DNA of 64,000 nt from Acidobacteriota bacterium (GCA_947503365.1 CANNDT010000007.1:18812-82811), one strand, 5' to 3'; shown: positions 10,540-21,751, numbered from the stretch's first letter. Made by a program: numbers and translations. Notes: a model not told the origin generated them from the letters alone.

Positions 10540-12807
10540 TTGTCCGAGTCCACCTTGCCTCGGCGCATCAGCGAATTCGTCGGCGTGGCGCTCTTCGCGC
10601 TCGCGCTGATCTGGCTGATTGCGCTCGTCACCTACGACGCCACAGACCCGGTCTGGTTCTTCACGACCGGCGCCACGCATGCGCCCGCGAATTTCGTGGG
10701 CCAGGTCGGCGCGTTTCTCTCGGAGCTGTCGTTTCAGCTCTTTGGATACACGTCGTACCTGATCCCTGGCGTCATCGCCGTCGTGGGATGGCATTACTTC
10801 TGGTGCCAGCCACCGGACGCGGCCTATACGAAGGTCTTCGGGATGACGCTCTTCTTCGCCTGCGCCACCTCGTTTCTGAGCCTGATATTTGGCAGCACCG
10901 AGGTCGCGGGCAAGACGTTCTACGCCGGCGGTTCGCTCGGCAACTGGCTCGGATCGATACTGTCGGAGTACTTCAATCGCACGGGCTCGATCATCATCCT
11001 CCTGACGCTGATTGCCCTCTCGACGGTGCTCTCGACGCAGGTCTCGCTCGGCCGCCTGTTCTCGACGGCAAGCGACGGCTCGAAGGATCTGTCGGCGCGC
11101 GGCATCGGCCGGGTGCGCGCGTGGCTCGATGAGCGGCGCAAGCAGAAGCAGCGGCAGGACGTCATCGCCAAGCACACGAAGAAGGCGGCCTCGACGACCC
11201 TGAAGGTCGAGAAGGAGGCCATCACGGTGGCTGCCGCCGAGCGCGATGCTGACGAAGCGCCGAGGCCGGCTGCCCCGGCCGTGGTGGCCCGCAAGCGCGC
11301 CGAACCGGTACTACCCCTCACGGAGCCCGACCAGCCGAGACCACAGCGTCGTCAGGGCGCCTTCACGTTGCCGCCGTCGTCGCTCCTCGATGCGCCGAAG
11401 GTCGAGCAGAAGATCGATGAGCGCGACCTGATGGAAGCCGCCAAGCTGCTCGGGGAAAAGTGCCGGGAGTTCGCGGTCGAGGGCCAGGTGGCGCAAATCC
11501 ATCCGGGTCCTGTCGTCACGACCTACGAGTTCAAGCCCGACGCCGGCGTGAAGTACAGCAAGATCACGAGCCTCGCCGATGACCTGTGCCTGGCGATGCG
11601 GGCCGAGTCGGTATTAATCGATCGCATCCCCGGCAAGTCGACGGTAGGTATCCAGATTCCGAACGCGAAGCGCGAGAGCATCTCGTTGCGCGAGCTGCTC
11701 GAATCGGATGGGTATCAGAGGTCCGCCTCGAAGCTGACGCTGGCCCTCGGCAAGACGATCCACGGCGAGCCGTACTTCACCGATCTTGCAACCATGCCGC
11801 ACCTGTTGATTGCGGGGTCCACCGGCACGGGCAAGTCGGTGGGTTTGAACTCGATGCTGACCAGCATCCTCTACCGCGCGACGCCCGACGACGTGCGACT
11901 CATCATGATCGACCCCAAACGACTGGAGCTGGGCATGTACGAGGACATCCCGCATCTCCTCACGCCGGTCGTCGTCGACCCCAAGAAGGCCGCCAACGCG
12001 CTCCGCTGGGCCGTGCGGGAGATGGAAGAGCGCTACAAGACGCTCGCCGCCGAAGGCGTGCGCAACATCGAGCAGTACAACCGCAACATCCGCCTCGCGC
12101 TCGCCGAGAACAGCGGCAACGACGACATGCCCAAGCCGCTGCCGTTCGTGGTCGTCGTCATCGACGAGCTCGCCGACCTGATGATGGTGGCCAGCAACGA
12201 GGTCGAAGAATCGATCTGCCGCCTGGCGCAGATGGCCCGCGCGGTCGGCATTCACCTGATCCTCGCGACGCAGCGTCCGTCGGTTGATGTCATCACCGGC
12301 CTGATCAAGGCCAACCTGCCGTCGCGCATCTCGTTCCGCGTGTCATCGAAGACCGACTCGCGCACGATTCTCGACGCCAACGGCGCCGAACAACTGCTCG
12401 GCAAGGGCGACATGCTATTCCTGCCGCCGGCTTCGTCGCGCTGCATTCGCCTGCACGGGCCGTACATTTCCGAGCAGGAGAGCGCGCGACTCGCCAGCTT
12501 CCTGCGCAAGCAGGGCAAGCCGACCTTCGACGAGACGATTACCGCCGAGGACGAGAAGACCGGCCCTGGCGGGATCGAATACGAGAAGGACGAGCTCTAC
12601 GACGAGGCCTCGCGCATCGTCGTCAGCAGCGGCCAGGTGTCGATCTCGTACCTGCAGCGGAAGATGCGGATTGGATTCAGCCGCGCCGCGCGGCTGGTGG
12701 ACATGATGGAGGCGGAAGGGCTCGTCTCCCCCGGCGCCGGCGGCAAGCCGCGCGAGGTGCTGGTGGATCGTGGCTACTTCGAGGAGGTGGATGCGCAGCT
12801 TCGCTAG
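10540..12807 (+). CDS. ftsK: DNA translocase FtsK
   Basis: N-terminal TM segments, PHLLIAGSTGTGKS, IDELADLM, LATQRPSVDVITG, C-terminal gamma domain. Confidence 0.97.
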   Translation: MSESTLPRRISEFVGVALFALALIWLIALVTYDATDPVWFFTTGATHAPANFVGQVGAFLSELSFQLFGYTSYLIPGVIAVVGWHYFWCQPPDAAYTKVFGMTLFFACATSFLSLIFGSTEVAGKTFYAGGSLGNWLGSILSEYFNRTGSIIILLTLIALSTVLSTQVSLGRLFSTASDGSKDLSARGIGRVRAWLDERRKQKQRQDVIAKHTKKAASTTLKVEKEAITVAAAERDADEAPRPAAPAVVARKRAEPVLPLTEPDQPRPQRRQGAFTLPPSSLLDAPKVEQKIDERDLMEAAKLLGEKCREFAVEGQVAQIHPGPVVTTYEFKPDAGVKYSKITSLADDLCLAMRAESVLIDRIPGKSTVGIQIPNAKRESISLRELLESDGYQRSASKLTLALGKTIHGEPYFTDLATMPHLLIAGSTGTGKSVGLNSMLTSILYRATPDDVRLIMIDPKRLELGMYEDIPHLLTPVVVDPKKAANALRWAVREMEERYKTLAAEGVRNIEQYNRNIRLALAENSGNDDMPKPLPFVVVVIDELADLMMVASNEVEESICRLAQMARAVGIHLILATQRPSVDVITGLIKANLPSRISFRVSSKTDSRTILDANGAEQLLGKGDMLFLPPASSRCIRLHGPYISEQESARLASFLRKQGKPTFDETITAEDEKTGPGGIEYEKDELYDEASRIVVSSGQVSISYLQRKMRIGFSRAARLVDMMEAEGLVSPGAGGKPREVLVDRGYFEEVDAQLR

Positions 12808-14506
12808 AGCGATGGCGGCCGCGGCCGTGCTCGCCATCGCGGCGTTCGCTGTCGATCTCCGCGCGCAGACCGCCGAAGCCGTCTACAACGACGTCCTCGC
12901 GCGTGAGGGAGATCTGCGGCGCGAGCTCGATCTCGCGCCGCAACTGAGGGCGCAGCCGCCCGGCACGGCGTCGGCTGCCCTGCTCAGGCGCGTCCGTGCA
13001 ACTGTCGACGCCTATGAGGATATCGTTCGCCGTTTCCCGCGCGGCGGCAGCAGCGACGACGCGCTGTGGCACGGGGCGGGGCTCGCGGCGGACGCGTTCT
13101 GGCAATTCGGCGACGCGCGCGATCGGATCACCGCGCTCCGCCTGTTCGAGTTCCTCGTCGCGCAGTATCCGAAGAGCACGTTCGCCAAGCAGGTGGTCAG
13201 CCCGACGGCGCGCCTCACGGCTGCGGAAGCGGCGAGCTCGCCGCAATCAACGCTCAAGGCGATCCGCCGCGAGGTCCTGCCGGATACGCTCCGCGTGACC
13301 CTGGAGCTCGAACGCGAAGCCGCGTTTCACGAAGAACGGATCGACGGTCCACCCCGGGTATTCGTCGATCTGAAGAACACCCGCGCCATCGACGAGCTGA
13401 AAGACGCCACGCTCGCCTTCCCGGACGATGTCGTTCGCCAGATTCGCGTCGGCCGCCAGCTCGACGCCCGAACGCGAGTCGTCTTCGACCTCCAGGCCAC
13501 CGCGCGCTACAGCGTCTACTCGCTCTACAACCCGTACCGCCTGGTCATCGACTTCGAACGAACACCTGTCGCGCCCGCCTTCGCTGAAGCTACGGCGCGC
13601 AAGCCCGCCCCGGCTGAAGCTACGGCGCGCAAGCCCGCCCCGGCTGAAGCTACGGCTGGCAAGCCCGCTACGTTGCCCGTTGCAGCGGCGTCGCTTCCTC
13701 CATCTCCACCACGTGAGAGCGCGGTCGTCGCGGCGACCATGAGTACGCCACCGCCAGGTTCGCCGTCGGCCAATTCGCGGGGCGGGTATTCGCTCTCGAG
13801 ACAGTTGGGGCTGGGGGTGGCGAGAGTCGTGATCGACCCAGGCCATGGCGGCCATGATCCCGGCGCCAAGGTGAAGGGCCTGCTGAGTGAGGCGGCGCTT
13901 GTGCTCGACGTCGCGCAGCGGCTCGAAAAGCTCCTGCTGAAGCAAGGCGTCGAGGTGGTGCTGACGCGGGCGGCCGATGTGTTCGTGCCGCTCGAGACCC
14001 GCACCGAGATCGCCAATCGTGCCGGAGCCGATCTCTTCCTCTCGATTCACGCCAACGCCAGCTCCGACACGGCGGCACGCGGCTTCGAGACCTATTTCCT
14101 CAGCTTTGCTCCCAACGCGCAGGCCGAGGCGATCGCCGCACGCGAGAACGCCGCATCGGCCAGGACGATGAGGAGCCTGCCGGACATCGTGAAGGCGATC
14201 GCGCTCAACAACAAGATCGATGAGTCGCGTGATTTTGCGTCGCTGGTGCAGGCGTCGCTGGCGGATCGGCTGAAGAAGGTCGACAAGAGTGCCCGAAGCC
14301 TCGGCGTCAAGCAGGCGCCCTTCATGGTGCTGATCGGCGCCACCATGCCAAGCGTACTGGCGGAGATTTCCTTCCTGACGAACCGCCGGGAAGGAAATCT
14401 GCTCAAGACCCAGAGCTACCGGCAGCAGGTCGCCGAGGCGCTGTTCGCCGGCGTCATGAACTACCAGCGCTCTCTCAAAAAAGCAGCAACAACCGCGTCG
14501 CGCTAG
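12791..14506 (+). CDS. N-acetylmuramoyl-L-alanine amidase (TPR-like + AMIN + Amidase_3)
   Basis: IDPGHGGHDPG, SIHANA, PSVLAEISF; GAGGAGG RBS before ATG 12791. Confidence 0.92.
   Translation: MRSFARAMAAAAVLAIAAFAVDLRAQTAEAVYNDVLAREGDLRRELDLAPQLRAQPPGTASAALLRRVRATVDAYEDIVRRFPRGGSSDDALWHGAGLAADAFWQFGDARDRITALRLFEFLVAQYPKSTFAKQVVSPTARLTAAEAASSPQSTLKAIRREVLPDTLRVTLELEREAAFHEERIDGPPRVFVDLKNTRAIDELKDATLAFPDDVVRQIRVGRQLDARTRVVFDLQATARYSVYSLYNPYRLVIDFERTPVAPAFAEATARKPAPAEATARKPAPAEATAGKPATLPVAAASLPPSPPRESAVVAATMSTPPPGSPSANSRGGYSLSRQLGLGVARVVIDPGHGGHDPGAKVKGLLSEAALVLDVAQRLEKLLLKQGVEVVLTRAADVFVPLETRTEIANRAGADLFLSIHANASSDTAARGFETYFLSFAPNAQAEAIAARENAASARTMRSLPDIVKAIALNNKIDESRDFASLVQASLADRLKKVDKSARSLGVKQAPFMVLIGATMPSVLAEISFLTNRREGNLLKTQSYRQQVAEALFAGVMNYQRSLKKAATTASR
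13573..13668. repeat. 30-bp tandem repeat x3 (REP-like unit) in frame in the amidase linker
   Basis: GCCCGCCTTCGCTGAAGCTACGGCGCGCAA plus two variants, encoding PAFAEATARK-PAPAEATARK-PAPAEATAGK. Confidence 0.9.
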
Positions 14507-14547
14507 AGCGCGTCCAGCCTCCGCGACGACCAGTGGATCGAACGGTA

Positions 14548-14787
14548 CTAGCTCTGGATTCTCAGCTTTGCGTGTCCGGGATCGGTTGGCGGGGCGACCG
14601 CGTCGCGGCGGCGCTTGATGTAGATGGCGATTGCGCCCACGAGCAGGCCCGTGGCGGCGGCGATGGCCATGATGATCCCCACCATGCCCACGGCGCCGAG
14701 CACGACGTCGCCCACCGTGATCGGGCGCGCGATCGGCGGCTGCTTGAGGACCTCGACGACGATTGGGTCTTGCTGAAACGCGAACAT
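14548..14787 (-). CDS. Small single-pass membrane protein (79 aa)
   Basis: MFAFQQDPIVVEV...VVLGAVGMVGIIMAIAAATGLLVGAIAIYIKRRR; start overlaps the pepA stop (TAATG). Confidence 0.7.
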   Translation of the reverse strand: MFAFQQDPIVVEVLKQPPIARPITVGDVVLGAVGMVGIIMAIAAATGLLVGAIAIYIKRRRDAVAPPTDPGHAKLRIQS

Positions 14788-16301
14788 TACCCTTTTTGCC
14801 AGGCCTCCGCGTCGAGCGCGAGCTCGGCGAGCGTGCGGACGCCGACGCCGGTGGCGCCCCGCGGCTGGTACGGCTTGGCTTCCTCGGCCCAGGCGGTTCC
14901 GGCGATGTCCATGTGCACCCACGGGAGATCGCCGGTGAATTCCTTGATGAAGAGCGCGCCGGTGATCGCGCCGCCGCCGCGGCCGCCGGTGTTGGCGAAG
15001 TCGGCGATGTCGCTCTTGAAGAGCTCGCGGTAGTCGTCGAAGATCGGCATCGGCCACGAGCGATCGCCACCACGCGCGCCCGCCCGCTGCACGTGCTTCA
15101 CCCACGAGTCAGGCGTGCCAAACAATCCGGTCGTCGTCTTGCCAAGCGCCACGACGCACGCACCGGTCAACGTGGCGACGTCCACCAGATGGGTGGCGCC
15201 GAGCTGACGCGCATACCAGACGCCGTCGCCGAGAACGAGGCGTCCTTCGGCGTCGGTGTTGAGGATTTCAACGGTCTTGCCTTCGGCGCTCCTGAGCACG
15301 TCGCCCGGCTTGAACGCCTTGCCACCCGGCATGTTCTCGGTGGTGGGAACAATGCCGATGCAGCGGATCGGTGCGTTGAGACGCGAGATCGCCGCCATCG
15401 CGCAGATCACCGCCGCGCCGCCGGACATGTCGTCCTTCATCTTGTCCATGTTCTCGGCGGGCTTGATCGAGATACCTCCGGTGTCGAAGGTGATGCCCTT
15501 GCCGACGAGACCGAGGACCGGACCGTTCACCGCGTGCGTGGGCTCGTGACGCATCACGAGCACACGCGGCGGCTCGACGCTTCCGCGCGCGACACCGAGG
15601 AGCAGCCCCATGCGCAGCTCGGCAATCCGCTTCTCGTCGAGGATCTCGACCTTGAGCCCGGCGTCCTTGGCAATCTTCGCGCCGCGATCGGCGAACTCCC
15701 TCGGTGTGAGGCTGTTGCCAGGCTCGTTCGACAGCGCGCGCGACAGGTTGCTGCACTCGCCCAGGACGCGTCCGCGTTCGAGCGCGCGCTCGAGGGCCTT
15801 TGACTCCCCCGCCACGCGCAGCTCGACGGACTCGACCCAGGGGCGCGGCTGCTCCACGGTCTGATACGACGCGCCCTCGAAGTTGGCCAGGACGACGCCC
15901 TCGGCCAATACCTGCGCGGCCTGTTCCGACGTCACTGACGTTCCCGGACGGTGGACGATGGCAATGCGTGGGATGCGGCGCTGGCGGGCGGCCAGTCCGG
16001 CCGTGACAGCGATGCGGCGCACGCTGTCGGTCGAGCAGTCCTTCCTGGACCCTGCGCCGATCAGCATCACGCGCGGGGCCTTCCAGCCGCGCACGGGAGT
16101 GATGAACAGATCGAACAGCTTGCCCTTGAACTCACCACGGCCGCGCGCCAGGGCAATGTCGCCGCCCGACGCCGCTTCCAGCTCGGATTCGTCCGCGAGG
16201 TCGTCGTCTTCGAAAACAGGGATGACGAGGAGGTCGGTCTCGATGTCGCGGGAGGAGCGGGTTGTCAGGCCGACAGTGGGGGTACTGTGAACCGTATGCA
16301 T
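14787..16301 (-). CDS. pepA: Leucyl aminopeptidase (M17)
   Basis: GKGITFDTGG, MKDDMSG, NTDAEGRL, HMDIAG. Confidence 0.96.
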   Translation of the reverse strand: MHTVHSTPTVGLTTRSSRDIETDLLVIPVFEDDDLADESELEAASGGDIALARGRGEFKGKLFDLFITPVRGWKAPRVMLIGAGSRKDCSTDSVRRIAVTAGLAARQRRIPRIAIVHRPGTSVTSEQAAQVLAEGVVLANFEGASYQTVEQPRPWVESVELRVAGESKALERALERGRVLGECSNLSRALSNEPGNSLTPREFADRGAKIAKDAGLKVEILDEKRIAELRMGLLLGVARGSVEPPRVLVMRHEPTHAVNGPVLGLVGKGITFDTGGISIKPAENMDKMKDDMSGGAAVICAMAAISRLNAPIRCIGIVPTTENMPGGKAFKPGDVLRSAEGKTVEILNTDAEGRLVLGDGVWYARQLGATHLVDVATLTGACVVALGKTTTGLFGTPDSWVKHVQRAGARGGDRSWPMPIFDDYRELFKSDIADFANTGGRGGGAITGALFIKEFTGDLPWVHMDIAGTAWAEEAKPYQPRGATGVGVRTLAELALDAEAWQKG

Positions 16302-16393
16302 AGCGATTTCGAATTCAGCCTCGTGCTAATTGCTTGTCCGCTCGAAGGATGCGGGCTTAGAATCAGACAGGATCACCACCAACGGGGAATAAT

Positions 16394-16843
16394 ATGGCCC
16401 ATTCAAGACGGGCGTTTTGCACGCTGGCTGCGGTATCGGCTGCCGCTCTTCTGGCGTCCACGCATGCCACGGTCGCGCAGCAGCGGGACTCTGACGACAA
16501 GAAGCCAAGTCTATCACTCAAGGTGACGCCACCGTTGGGATTCTCCCCGCTCCGGGTGCGGGCGGTGATCGATGTACGCGGCGGTGCGGACGACAACGCC
16601 GAGCTCTATTGCGCGGGCCTGGAGTGGGATTGGGGCGATGGCACCGTGTCGGAGAGTTCCAGTGACTGCGATCCGTACGAGGCCGGCAAGAGCACGATCA
16701 GGCGGCGCTACACCGGTGACCATACGTTCCAGCAGCAAGGCAGCCATAAGATCGTGTTCCGCCTGAAGCAGAAATCGAAGGTCGTCGGCGCCGCGATCGC
16801 TACCATCCAGGTGCGTGCCGGGCAGGGCGAGTTCGATCGGTGA
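16394..16843 (+). CDS. Exported PKD-like domain protein
   Basis: Signal peptide (SRRAF...ATVA), WDWGDGT motif, H-T-F-x3-G. Confidence 0.75.
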   Translation: MAHSRRAFCTLAAVSAAALLASTHATVAQQRDSDDKKPSLSLKVTPPLGFSPLRVRAVIDVRGGADDNAELYCAGLEWDWGDGTVSESSSDCDPYEAGKSTIRRRYTGDHTFQQQGSHKIVFRLKQKSKVVGAAIATIQVRAGQGEFDR

Positions 16844-17292
16844 CGGAGGCCGTCGTCTCCGCCGATGCCGTCATGGCGGAGCTGCAGGGTCGCGTGCGCG
16901 AGCGCCTGCGGCTCCAGCTTCTGCAGAACGGCGGATCGAAGGCGTTCGAAGATCCCGCGCTCTTCGCTGAAGTGGAAGCGTTGCTGCAGGCGGCCGCCAA
17001 CACCAGCCCCACGTCGACGCTGCTCCTGCCGGAGCTCCTCGGCGACCCGGCCACCTGGCGCCTCAGCACGAAGCCTCCCTATCAATCGCATCGGTCGGCT
17101 GGCGCCGCCTCCGCCATTCTGTTCCTGAAGCAGCGCGTGATGATGCCGGTGCTGCGATGGCTGTTCGAGTACAGCCGCGACAACTTCGAGCGGCAGCGCC
17201 GCGTCAATGACGTGATGTTCGCCTGCGTCCAGGAGCTGGCCGCCGAAACGGCGCGGCTCCGGCAGGAAGTCCGCCGCCTCTCCTCGAAGTGA
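16840..17292 (+). CDS. Hypothetical coiled-coil protein linked to a glycosyltransferase
   Basis: GTGA overlaps with both neighbouring genes. Confidence 0.7.
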   Translation: MTEAVVSADAVMAELQGRVRERLRLQLLQNGGSKAFEDPALFAEVEALLQAAANTSPTSTLLLPELLGDPATWRLSTKPPYQSHRSAGAASAILFLKQRVMMPVLRWLFEYSRDNFERQRRVNDVMFACVQELAAETARLRQEVRRLSSK

Positions 17293-18443
17293 AGCTCGCG
17301 TTCGTCGTCCAGCGATACGGCGCCGCCATTGCCGGCGGCTCCGAAGGACATTGCCGGCAACTCGCCGAGCGGCTTGCCCCTCGCCACGACCTCACGATCC
17401 TGACAACCTGCGCTCGCGATTACGTGACCTGGGAGAACGAGTATCCAGCAGGCGAGACGGTCGAACAGGGTGTGCGCGTCGTCCGCTTCCCGGTCGCGCA
17501 TCCGCGGCGTCTCAAGGCGTTCGCGGATGTGAGCGATGAGGTGTTCGACGGCGGCGCGTCACGCCAGCGCGAGGAAAGCTGGTTCCTCGAGAACGGCCCT
17601 GACTCGCCGGCGCTGCTCGATCACTTGCGAAGCCACGGCGCCACCTACGACCGCATCCTCTTCTGGACCTATCGCTACGCACCCTCCTACTTCGGGCTGC
17701 CGCTCGTGGCCGATCGCGCGATCCTCGTTCCCACCGCGGAAGAGGATGCGGCGATCACGCTGAAGGTGCTGTCAGAGTTCTTCGAGCGACCGGCGGGCTA
17801 CCTGTTTCTCACCCCCGAGGAAGAAGCACTCGTGTCGAGCCGCGCGGGCCGGCCGCTGACGCCGTCGGCGACCATTGGCATCGGACTCGATCCCGAGCCG
17901 GCCGCCGCGACGTCGCGGGCCGCGCTGGACGAGCTCGGCATCCGAGGCGACTACGTCCTCTATCTCGGTCGCGTCGATCGGAACAAGGGCTGCGACACGC
18001 TGCTCGAATATTTCGAAGCGCACACGGCGAATGACGTGACGCTGGTGCTCGCAGGTCCGGCGAAGATGCAGATCCCTGAGAACCCGCGCATTCGCGCGCT
18101 GGGCTACGTGTCCGACCACGCCAGGCGGACGCTTCTGACGCATGCGCGGGCGCTGATCGTCCCGTCGCCGTATGAAAGTCTCAGCATCGTGCTGCTCGAG
18201 GGGTGGAACCATGCGGTGCCGGCGCTGGTCAACGGCCGGTGCAAAGTGCTCGCAGGCCAGGTCTCGCGCGCCGACGGCGGACTCTCGTATCGGTCCGCCG
18301 CCGAATTCGACGAAGCACTGTCATATCTGCTCTCCCACGCGGCCGAGCGCGACGCGCTCGGCCGCCAGGGACTTGCCTACGTGGAGCGCGAGTACCGATG
18401 GCCAACCGTGCTGGCCAAGGTCGAAGCGCTGCTCGTGTCGTGA
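17289..18443 (+). CDS. Glycosyltransferase family 4
   Basis: GGSE, YLGRVDRNKG, PSPYESLSIVLLEG (E-x7-E). Confidence 0.92.
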   Translation: MKLAFVVQRYGAAIAGGSEGHCRQLAERLAPRHDLTILTTCARDYVTWENEYPAGETVEQGVRVVRFPVAHPRRLKAFADVSDEVFDGGASRQREESWFLENGPDSPALLDHLRSHGATYDRILFWTYRYAPSYFGLPLVADRAILVPTAEEDAAITLKVLSEFFERPAGYLFLTPEEEALVSSRAGRPLTPSATIGIGLDPEPAAATSRAALDELGIRGDYVLYLGRVDRNKGCDTLLEYFEAHTANDVTLVLAGPAKMQIPENPRIRALGYVSDHARRTLLTHARALIVPSPYESLSIVLLEGWNHAVPALVNGRCKVLAGQVSRADGGLSYRSAAEFDEALSYLLSHAAERDALGRQGLAYVEREYRWPTVLAKVEALLVS

Positions 18444-18528
18444 ACAGCCGATGCGTCTTGCGGTGTGCCAATCAATGTCGGTGGAGCGCCACAAAACGGC
18501 AGCGCCAACGTGCGATTACAGCACATGC

Positions 18529-18554
18529 GGAGGCGAGCGTTCAGACTCGCCTCC
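18529..18554. terminator. Hairpin between convergent genes
   Basis: GGAGGCGAG-N8-CTCGCCTCC with outer CAGCAC/GTGCTG arms; no U-tract. Confidence 0.5.
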
Positions 18555-18569
18555 ACGATCGCAGTGCTG

Positions 18570-19487
18570 CTATGGAAGCATGTACGCGCCGATTGAGTTC
18601 TCATTCATATGCGGCACGATCATGTGGCCCGGCATGACGCCGAAGTCGGCGGAGCCTGGCTTGAACTGCGCCACGACCTCGCTCTTGCCGTCCGCCGACA
18701 CCCGCATAATCTGTCCCTTGAGGTAGTCGCTAATCAGGTAGTTGCCCTTGCCGTCCATCTCGAGACCGTCGATGTTGCCAATCGGCTCGGCGGTGATCAG
18801 CGTCTTCTGCTTTGTCTGCCGATCGATCGCAAACAGGTGTCCTGGTACGTCCGTGGTGAAATCGGCCTTCGGCTCACTGCCCCACCCGCCTACGATCAGA
18901 CGATTACCATCCACGAGCAGACCATTCGCATGCTCGACCTGGTCGCCCTCGATGAACACGTCCGCCTTGCCGCCCTTGATGGCATAGATCCGGTTCGCCG
19001 GCATATCCGAGACATAGACCGTTCCGTCAGCGGCGGTAGCCACGTCGTTGAGGCCCTTCGCCCCTGCAATCTTCACGCGGGATGTCACCTTGCCGCTGGT
19101 GATGTCGATGCCGACGACCTCATCGAGGTCCGCCGTCCAGAGCGTGCCGTTGACGGCACGCAGCCCCTTGGGCGCGTTGAGACCGGTCGTGAACGTTGCC
19201 GATACCACCTTGCCGCTGACATCGAGCTTGACGATGCGCCCATTGCCGTCACGGCCGTCGGGAGCACCGTCGATCTGCGACGCGAAGATGAATCCCGAGG
19301 CGGGGTCGAAATACACGCTCTCGGGCGTCTTGATTCCCTCGGTCACGGTCCACATCGCCTGGGGAGCAGCCGGAGTCGCCTGCGCCTCGGGGGCTGGGGC
19401 GGGTGCTTCCGCAGGGGCTGGAGTTTCAGTACGTCCGCACGAAGCGATCACCATCGCTGCCGCAATCACGAGTCCTGCACGTCGCAT
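18570..19487 (-). CDS. SMP-30/gluconolactonase-like beta-propeller lipoprotein
   Basis: Lipobox VIASC, Pro/Ala linker, TPESVY, NAPKG, LNDV, IDGL motifs. Confidence 0.82.
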   Translation of the reverse strand: MRRAGLVIAAAMVIASCGRTETPAPAEAPAPAPEAQATPAAPQAMWTVTEGIKTPESVYFDPASGFIFASQIDGAPDGRDGNGRIVKLDVSGKVVSATFTTGLNAPKGLRAVNGTLWTADLDEVVGIDITSGKVTSRVKIAGAKGLNDVATAADGTVYVSDMPANRIYAIKGGKADVFIEGDQVEHANGLLVDGNRLIVGGWGSEPKADFTTDVPGHLFAIDRQTKQKTLITAEPIGNIDGLEMDGKGNYLISDYLKGQIMRVSADGKSEVVAQFKPGSADFGVMPGHMIVPHMNENSIGAYMLP

Positions 19488-19918
19488 CAACACACCTCCA
19501 TCGTGATGGGTGTCATCCCATCATTGGTCAACCGGTACGCGTTCGTGACGACGTTGTCAGCGTCCGCGGGACCGGCAATTACGTAGACAAAATCCTGAAA
19601 CGCCTGTTCAATGTCGGTCGGCGACGGTTCCGCCGCACTTCTGGGATGCGAGTGGTAGGCGCCAATGACGTCATGCGGCTTGCCACTCTCGCCGGTCAGG
19701 GTTCGGCATCGTCGAATCTGGCGAATGTGCTCGATCGGCGGAATTTCAAAATGCCGGACCGGATCGGCCGCGCCGTTGGTGGTGGCGACCGCCTCGATGA
19801 TCAGGTCGCCTGTCCCGATGAGCAGCCCGCAGCATTCGCGCGGGCGCTCCGCGCGCGCATGGGCCACGATTGCCTCGAGTGCGGCAGCCCGGATTCGCAC
19901 GGCGCCTTCAGGCGTCAA
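19487..19918 (-). CDS. M67 family (JAB/Mov34) metallopeptidase
   Basis: ECCGLLIG and YHSHP-x4-PS-x2-D JAMM motif. Confidence 0.9.
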   Translation of the reverse strand: MTPEGAVRIRAAALEAIVAHARAERPRECCGLLIGTGDLIIEAVATTNGAADPVRHFEIPPIEHIRQIRRCRTLTGESGKPHDVIGAYHSHPRSAAEPSPTDIEQAFQDFVYVIAGPADADNVVTNAYRLTNDGMTPITMEVC

Positions 19919-21101
19919 CCTCGATGACCATGGCGATGCCCATGCCGCCGCCGATGCAGAGGGCGGCGACCCCTTTCCCGCCGCCCCTTGCCCGCAGCGC
20001 GTAGATCAGCGTCGTCAGGATGCGGGCGCCGCTGGCGCCGATCGGGTGGCCGAGCGCGATTGCGCCGCCGCGGGTATTCACCTTCGCCAGGTCGAGCCCG
20101 AGCTCACGGGCCACGGCAAGCGACTGCGAGGCGAACGCTTCGTTCAGCTCGAACAGATCGATCTGCGCGATATCGAGACTCGCGCGCTTCAATGCCTTGC
20201 GGGTGGCCTCGACCGGACCCATCCCCATGATCGCGGGATCCACGCCGGTCGTCGCGAACGACAGGACGCGCGCCAGGGGCTTGGTGCCGATCTGACGGGC
20301 GCGCGCGGGCGTGGTGAGAACCAGCGCGGCGGCGCCGTCGTTGATGCCCGAGGCGTTGCCCGCCGTCACGCTGCCGTCCTTCTTGAATGCCGGTCTCAGC
20401 GCCGCAAGCTTCTCGACGGTCGTCCCCGCTCGTGGGTATTCGTCCGTGTCGAAGCGAATCGGATCGCCCTTCTTCTGCGGAATGTCGACGGCGACGATCT
20501 CCTCCTTGAAGGAACCGTCACGGACCGCCGATTCGGCGCGCCGCTGGCTTTCGGCCGCGAACGCATCCTGATCGCCGCGGCTGATCGAAAACCGCGTGAC
20601 GATCTCCTCGGCGGTGATCCCCATGTGACAGCTGTTGATCGCGCAGGTCAGGCCTTCCTGGACCATCGTGTCGTAAAGCTGGGCGTTGCCCATCCGGTAG
20701 CCCCAGCGGGCGCCGGTGAGGATGTAGGGAGCATTGCTCATCGACTCGGTGCCACCCGCCAGCATCACCTCGGTGTAGCCGACGCGGATCGCCTCGACCG
20801 CGTGCACCACGGCCTGCAGCCCGGATCCGCAGACCCGGTTTATCGTCTCGGCAGGAATGTCGTAGGGCACGCCGGCTTTGAGCGCCGCCTGCCGTGCCAC
20901 GTTCATGCCGACGCCAGCCTGCAGCACGCAGCCCATGATGACGTCGCCGAGATCCCTGGCTTCGACGCCGGCGCGGCGTACCGCTTCACGAATGACGACC
21001 GCTCCAAGATCGGCGGCCGAAAGGTCCTTCAGTGCACCGCCGAACGAGCCAATCGGCGTACGGCAGGCGCTGATGATGACTGCGGGTTCGTAATCAGGCA
21101 T
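19908..21101 (-). CDS. Acetyl-CoA C-acetyltransferase (thiolase)
   Basis: [25 protein letters not shown]. Confidence 0.96.
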   Translation of the reverse strand: MPDYEPAVIISACRTPIGSFGGALKDLSAADLGAVVIREAVRRAGVEARDLGDVIMGCVLQAGVGMNVARQAALKAGVPYDIPAETINRVCGSGLQAVVHAVEAIRVGYTEVMLAGGTESMSNAPYILTGARWGYRMGNAQLYDTMVQEGLTCAINSCHMGITAEEIVTRFSISRGDQDAFAAESQRRAESAVRDGSFKEEIVAVDIPQKKGDPIRFDTDEYPRAGTTVEKLAALRPAFKKDGSVTAGNASGINDGAAALVLTTPARARQIGTKPLARVLSFATTGVDPAIMGMGPVEATRKALKRASLDIAQIDLFELNEAFASQSLAVARELGLDLAKVNTRGGAIALGHPIGASGARILTTLIYALRARGGGKGVAALCIGGGMGIAMVIEVDA

Positions 21102-21103
21102 GG

Positions 21104-21750
<647 letters not shown>

Positions 21751-21751
<1 letters not shown>

